From NCBI GenBank assembly GCA_963813025.1, contig CAWEXO010000005.1:283840-347839 (forward strand): DNA of 64,000 nucleotides, given 5' to 3'. The position numbers and the translations under genes were made by a program. The notes below the pieces were generated by a model that made no database searches, was not told the origin of the DNA, and worked only from the letters and a program-made list of their open reading frames with translations. Numbering within the stretch: position 1 is the first letter of the stretch; each line of letters opens with the position of its first letter. Positions 59,414 through 64,000 of the stretch are shown piece after piece. Source of the DNA: an uncultured Verrucomicrobiae bacterium. GTDB lineage: Bacteria > Verrucomicrobiota > Verrucomicrobiia > Chthoniobacterales > JAFAMB01.

Positions 59414-61663
59414 ATGCTCATTTTGCTGAAGCAAATCCCACGGATCGCATTCTTCGCGGTGTTCTGCCTTGCATTGTTCAACTCTGCCGCCGGCGAGTCG
59501 ATAGAAGCTCTCAGCCTCCCCAAAAAAACGGTGCTGGTGCTCTATGGTGAACGGCTGTCCCTACCAGGTCCGAGAATGGCGGAGCAAGGCTTGACGACGG
59601 CCCTTTCGAGCGCGCACGCCTGGGACCTGGAAGTTTTTTCCGAATACCTTGACCTCACGCGTTTCCCGGCGGCTCGGTATGGCGACGACATTGTACGTTA
59701 TCTGCGCGCCAGATACGGAACGCGAAAGCCAGACGTGTTGATCACGTACATAGACACCGCGCTGCAACTCGTGCTTGATCACCGCGACGAATTGTTCCCC
59801 GGAGTGCCCATCGTCTTTTCGGGTGTTCGTGAGGTCGATGGTAGAGAAATGCCACCAGGTGTCATTGGGCTCCGGATGGCTTGGGACTATCAGCGAACGG
59901 TTGAACTCGCGCTCCAACTGCAACCGAAAACGCGTGAGATCGCTTGCGTCTCCGGCACTGGAGCCGAAGAGCAAGCCTGGAATAATGAAGCGCGCAAGGT
60001 CCTGGAGCGCTTTGCCACCCGGGTCCGCACTCGCTGGTTGGACAAGTTGCCGTTGCAAGCCGTGCTGGATGAAGTCGCTCGATTGCCACCTGATTCGGTG
60101 GTGCTTTATATACCAATGCTGCGCGACGGGGCGGGAAAGTCGGTCTCGCCTTTTGAGGTGGCACGACAAGTCGCCGAGGCATCCCGGGTGCCGGTCTATG
60201 GTCTCACCCTACCCCAACTTGAACAAGGACTCGTCGGTGGAGCGATGCTGGATTTTTCGAAGATCGGCAGCAAGACGGTGGCACTCGCCCTCCGCGTGCT
60301 CGCGGGGGAGAAGCTGCCAGCGCTCACGCCGCCTGACCCTGCGAACAACCCGCTGCTCATTAACTGGCAAGCACTCAAAAAATGGCATGTTTCCGAGAGC
60401 CGAATTCCCAGAGAGGCCACGGTGCTGTACCGGGACCCGAACCTGTGGGAGCAGCACCCTCGTCTAATCATCGCGACGGTTGTGGTCGTTGGCCTGCAGT
60501 CACTGCTTATCCTGGAATTGATTGTTCAGCGGTCGAGACTGAAGCGGGCGGAGGGATCGTTGCGCGACAGCGAGGGGCGCATGAGTCTCGCGGCTGAGGC
60601 CGCCAACCTGGGCATGTGGGTGTGGGATGTGGTGAAAGATGAGATTTGGATGACGGATAAGGGACGCGCTTTGTTTGGCTTCGCGCCGGACACGCGCCTG
60701 GATTACGCGGCGCTGATCGCGCGCTTTCATCCCGAGGATCGTGCGGCTCAAGATGCGGCGATCAGGTGCGCGCTTGAGACCCAGGATGAATACGCCATGG
60801 AGTATCGCGCCGTGCTGCCGGACGGGCAGGTGCGTTGGATCGCCGGGCGTGGTCGCGTCGACTTCGGCGGCGGCAAGCCGCTCCGGATGCGCGGGGTCTC
60901 ACTCGACATCACCGAGCGCAGGCAGGCTGAACTGGAAGCGGCGCGGCAGCGTAAGGATCTGGCGCACGCTTCGCGCCTGACAATGGTGGGCGAACTAACC
61001 GCTTCTATTGCTCACGAAATCAACCAACCTCTAGGAGCGATCCTAAGCAACGCTGAAACTGCGGAGATCTTGCTCCGATCCAAACAGCTTCACCTCGAGG
61101 AGCTCCAACAGATCCTCGCCGATATTCGGAAGGACGACCTGCGGGCGAGTGAAGTAATCCGGCACATGAGGGAATTGTTGCGCAAACGCGAATTGGAATT
61201 GAAGCTGATCGACCTGAACGCGGTAGCTTCAAATGTGCTTCGGCTTGTCGACCGAGAGACGCACCGCCGAGGAGTCGAGATCGAGAAGCAGTTTGCCGAC
61301 ACCCTCCCCGTTGTCCGCGGAGATGTAATCCACCTGCAACAGGTGTTACTAAATCTCATTCTCAACGGCATGGAAGCGATGTCTGAATCGTCTGAATCGA
61401 ATCGCCGGCTTACAATGCGTACGGCCTACGATGGCAAGGGCAATGTAGAAGTAGCGGTAGAGGATTCAGGTCCTGGCATCCCATCAGACCGGCTGCCACG
61501 GCTCTTCGACTCCTTCTTTACAACGAAGACGCACGGAATGGGTTTGGGGCTGTCAATTGTCCGGTCGATCGTGGAAGCTCACGGTGGACGAATCTGGGCA
61601 GAAAACAATTCTAGCGGCGGAGCGTGCTTCCGATTCACGGTGCCTGTGAATGGGAAGGAATGA
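59414..61663 (+). CDS. Sensor histidine kinase (periplasmic-binding-like, PAS, HisKA, HATPase)
   Basis: AHEINQPL, QQVLLNLILNG, DSGPG, FFTTK.HGMGLGL. Confidence 0.93.
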   Translation: MLILLKQIPRIAFFAVFCLALFNSAAGESIEALSLPKKTVLVLYGERLSLPGPRMAEQGLTTALSSAHAWDLEVFSEYLDLTRFPAARYGDDIVRYLRARYGTRKPDVLITYIDTALQLVLDHRDELFPGVPIVFSGVREVDGREMPPGVIGLRMAWDYQRTVELALQLQPKTREIACVSGTGAEEQAWNNEARKVLERFATRVRTRWLDKLPLQAVLDEVARLPPDSVVLYIPMLRDGAGKSVSPFEVARQVAEASRVPVYGLTLPQLEQGLVGGAMLDFSKIGSKTVALALRVLAGEKLPALTPPDPANNPLLINWQALKKWHVSESRIPREATVLYRDPNLWEQHPRLIIATVVVVGLQSLLILELIVQRSRLKRAEGSLRDSEGRMSLAAEAANLGMWVWDVVKDEIWMTDKGRALFGFAPDTRLDYAALIARFHPEDRAAQDAAIRCALETQDEYAMEYRAVLPDGQVRWIAGRGRVDFGGGKPLRMRGVSLDITERRQAELEAARQRKDLAHASRLTMVGELTASIAHEINQPLGAILSNAETAEILLRSKQLHLEELQQILADIRKDDLRASEVIRHMRELLRKRELELKLIDLNAVASNVLRLVDRETHRRGVEIEKQFADTLPVVRGDVIHLQQVLLNLILNGMEAMSESSESNRRLTMRTAYDGKGNVEVAVEDSGPGIPSDRLPRLFDSFFTTKTHGMGLGLSIVRSIVEAHGGRIWAENNSSGGACFRFTVPVNGKE

Positions 61664-61679
61664 ATCGTGCAGGACGAAA

Positions 61680-62081
61680 GAAGCCCGCAAGAAGGCAGCA
61701 GCGTCCCGAGCGCGGTCGTGGATAGCGCCAAGCCGACCATCATCAGTGAATGCACCTTGGGCAGGATGTAGAGAAGGGCGGCTGCCGCGAGCCTTAGGAC
61801 GAGCGACACACCCCAGCCGCGAATCGCCAGCGTCAGCGGGCCGCCCCGAACCCGTTCGAGATCGAGTTCCATCCCTGCCATGAAGAACAAAGCCGCCAGC
61901 CCGAGTTTCCCTCCGAGCTACCCGAGCAACCCTCGGCGGTCGCCAAACCCAACACTTGCGGACCAATGATAATCCCGAGCACCATCTCCAGGACCACGAC
62001 CCGCAGCCGAATGGTGATTTCCGTCAGCAGAGGCGCGGCGACGGCGATCGCCAGCACGATCAGCACCGGGTGACTATTCAT
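61680..62081 (-). pseudogene. Cation:proton antiporter N-terminal fragment
   Basis: VVLEMVLGIIIGP, FFMAGMELD, LSTTALGTLLP; frameshifted and truncated. Confidence 0.75.
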
Positions 62082-62165
62082 GTGCTCATTTTCTATGGGT
62101 TTGTTTGTCTCGGGTGGCTGAATGCCTAGCTTGGTCAGGGGAAAATGGGATGCACTCACTGGGCC

Positions 62166-62588
62166 TCACGTTCCGGGGCTCTCCGCACCGGAACTGTTGC
62201 GTCTGAGCAGCGAACGGACGGCCTCCAGCAGCACGGCGCCGACAACTGGCTTGCGCAGGTAGACGCTGTTTGGAATCCGGGACGCTTGCTGCCGCGCGCT
62301 GTCCTCGTCCTGCGCGGTGATGAAGATCACCGGCCGGGGCTGGGCCGACGCGGTGAGATGGTCGAATAACTCGAAACCCGACATCCCCGGGAGCCGAATA
62401 TCGAGGATCAGGCACGCATGCGACTCGGGCACAGCGCTCCCGAGGAATTCCTCCGCGGAAGCAAAGGTGTGTGCCTCAAACCCAGACGCACACAGCAGCC
62501 GTTCCAAGGCGCGTCTGAAGCTCGCATCGTCCTCGACAATAGCGATGGTGCATTTGCTTGCGAGTATGTCTGGGTGCACTTCCCCCAT
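62166..62588 (-). CDS. Single-domain response regulator
   Basis: IVEDD, LDIRLPGMSG, FITA, KP. Confidence 0.9.
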   Translation of the reverse strand: MGEVHPDILASKCTIAIVEDDASFRRALERLLCASGFEAHTFASAEEFLGSAVPESHACLILDIRLPGMSGFELFDHLTASAQPRPVIFITAQDEDSARQQASRIPNSVYLRKPVVGAVLLEAVRSLLRRNSSGAESPGT

Positions 62589-62664
62589 TATCGCAAACCT
62601 GCCGGTCACTTGGTATGGTATTTGTGGGCAAATTTCGGAGCCTGGGGGAGGCGGAGCGTCCGCC

Positions 62665-63369
62665 CTACACATTTTCAGCCTCGCACGTTCTCCCGTCGCT
62701 CGGCCGCGGATGTGGCCTGAAGATCTCGCCTAGCCACTCGACCGCACGCCCCAACTCGGCTGGCGATTGCACTCCCATTTTGTGCATTACTTGGGCGCGA
62801 TGCGCTTTGACCGTGCGCTCGCTGGCGTCGAGCACGTCGGAGATCTGCTTATTGAGCAGGCCGCTCACGACAAGCGCATAGACCTCGCGCTCGCGCGGCG
62901 TCAGGCTTTCGTAGCGAGCGCCCCACTCCCGCTTCTGCCGCCGCGTTCCCCGCGCTGCGGCACCCCGGGCTAGCGCCCGCTGCACCGCATCGAGCAGGTC
63001 ATCCCCCCGGACCGGCTTGGTGAGGAAATCCACCGCGCCTCGCTTCATCGCGTGCACCGAGGAGGAGATGTCGCCGTGGGCCGTGAGAAAGACCACCGGC
63101 AGCGGTTCTTCTGCCTGGGCCAGCGCCTCCTGCAACTCCAGCCCGCCTGGTCCCGGCATCTGTAGATCAAGCACCGCGCAACCAGCGGCATCCGAACGGC
63201 GGCGGGTGAGGAATTCCTCTGCCGAAGTGAAGGTTTCGACCTGGTAATCTGCGGTCCGGAGGCGCCGAGACAAAGCGCGGAGAAAAGACGGATCGTCATC
63301 CACCAAATAGATGATCGGCGCGCCCTGACGCTGGATCTCGCTCTGGGGGGTGGCGGCTTCGTGAGTCAT
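62665..63369 (-). CDS. FixJ-family response regulator (REC plus LuxR HTH)
   Basis: LVDDD, LDLQMPG, LTPREREV, GLLNKQI, TVKAHRAQVM.KM. Confidence 0.93.
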   Translation of the reverse strand: MTHEAATPQSEIQRQGAPIIYLVDDDPSFLRALSRRLRTADYQVETFTSAEEFLTRRRSDAAGCAVLDLQMPGPGGLELQEALAQAEEPLPVVFLTAHGDISSSVHAMKRGAVDFLTKPVRGDDLLDAVQRALARGAAARGTRRQKREWGARYESLTPREREVYALVVSGLLNKQISDVLDASERTVKAHRAQVMHKMGVQSPAELGRAVEWLGEIFRPHPRPSDGRTCEAENV

Positions 63370-63476
63370 GTGGGCTTTTCCCCTTTGAGGCATCCTATCG
63401 TCGACAGGCTTTATAAATAATGGGCACCAGATCCCTATCCGAAGCGAAAGTGTATCAAGCTTAATCAGACGTTCCC

Positions 63477-63619
63477 ATTGTACTTTAGTCCAATAGACGG
63501 TGAAATCGATCTTCGCAGGAAGCGAGCGCTTTATTGGATTGTCGTAGACCAAGGCATCGAGCAGTCGGCGCTTGTTTAGATCGGCCGCTACATTCCGCTT
63601 TTTTGCACGAAGGTACAAT
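63477..63619. promoter_or_regulatory. Palindromic operator, copies 2 and 3 (divergent)
   Basis: ATTGTACTTTAGTCCAAT (63477-63494) and TTTGCACGAAGGTACAAT (63602-63619). Confidence 0.55.
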
Positions 63620-63754
63620 AGCGGTGGCCGATCAGGATAGATAATCTTCCCTCTATTGCTTGGTGCGCGCCCGAGCAAGCTGCACCGTCCCCCGGCCTCG
63701 TAATACCTACTTCAATCAATAAAGCTTCCTGGATCGCGCTATGCATTTCTGACA

Positions 63755-64000
63755 ATGAAAGGACGAAGACTCGCTCGTAGCGCAACAGGCACGATTTCGA
63801 AAGGCGCTCAACTCGCATTGTTGCTTTGCGGTCTTCTTGGGATTTCCGCTTTACTGCTGGTTTTAAGCGGAACAATGGCGATCCCCAACGCTACCGCCTC
63901 CAATCCCGATGCGCCGTCCGAGAATCAAGTTAACAGGAAAGCGCCGCCGGCAATGGCATGGATCCCCGGAGGCGCATTTTTGATGGGAACCAACGACAAA
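63755..64000 (+). CDS. Formylglycine-generating enzyme (SUMF1)-family protein, N-terminus (runs off the window)
   Basis: TM/signal segment, then MAWIPGGAFLMGT. Confidence 0.7.
   Translation, partial: MKGRRLARSATGTISKGAQLALLLCGLLGISALLLVLSGTMAIPNATASNPDAPSENQVNRKAPPAMAWIPGGAFLMGTNDK

Noticed and set aside
30383..64000. Retron, DGR or group II intron
   Set aside because: No reverse transcriptase motif (YxDD in RT context) in any ORF, and no template/variable repeat pair noticed.

Overview
Bacterial chromosomal window, probably from a Verrucomicrobiota (Chthoniobacterales-like) organism. That is inferred from gene style, not proven. Many single-base frameshifts in ordinary genes suggest long-read indel errors. 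Region 1-8.6 kb is a mosaic of oxidoreductases, toxin-antitoxin (TA) genes and gene scraps, including a RAYT transposase remnant. Region 8.7-30.3 kb is mostly core or metabolic genes: APC permease, SDR-LarA, sugar ABC transporter, bamD-lptE-rsmI-thrC, PCuAC, WYL regulator and ADH. It also has REPIN-like repeats, a ~310-bp fold-back element and an HNH-toxin/SUKH-immunity pair. From 30.35 kb onward is a tandem island array, marked by two displaced 3' fragments of tRNA-Arg(CCG) at 30346-30382 and 47015-47060. Island 1 looks like a phage satellite. It has integrase, Xis-like HTHs, primase-helicase, iterons, HNH, a lambda-like cos site, HK97-type capsid, tape measure and a truncated baseplate hub, but no recognisable terminase, portal, protease, sheath or tube. 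Island 2 (47061 to beyond the window) carries a toxin-antitoxin-SecB (TAC) operon whose antitoxin is cut by an IS630. It also has a HEPN protein, a stand-alone cos + TerS + GpA-type TerL module, and a two-component/outer-membrane/FGE cargo cluster with a three-copy palindromic operator.
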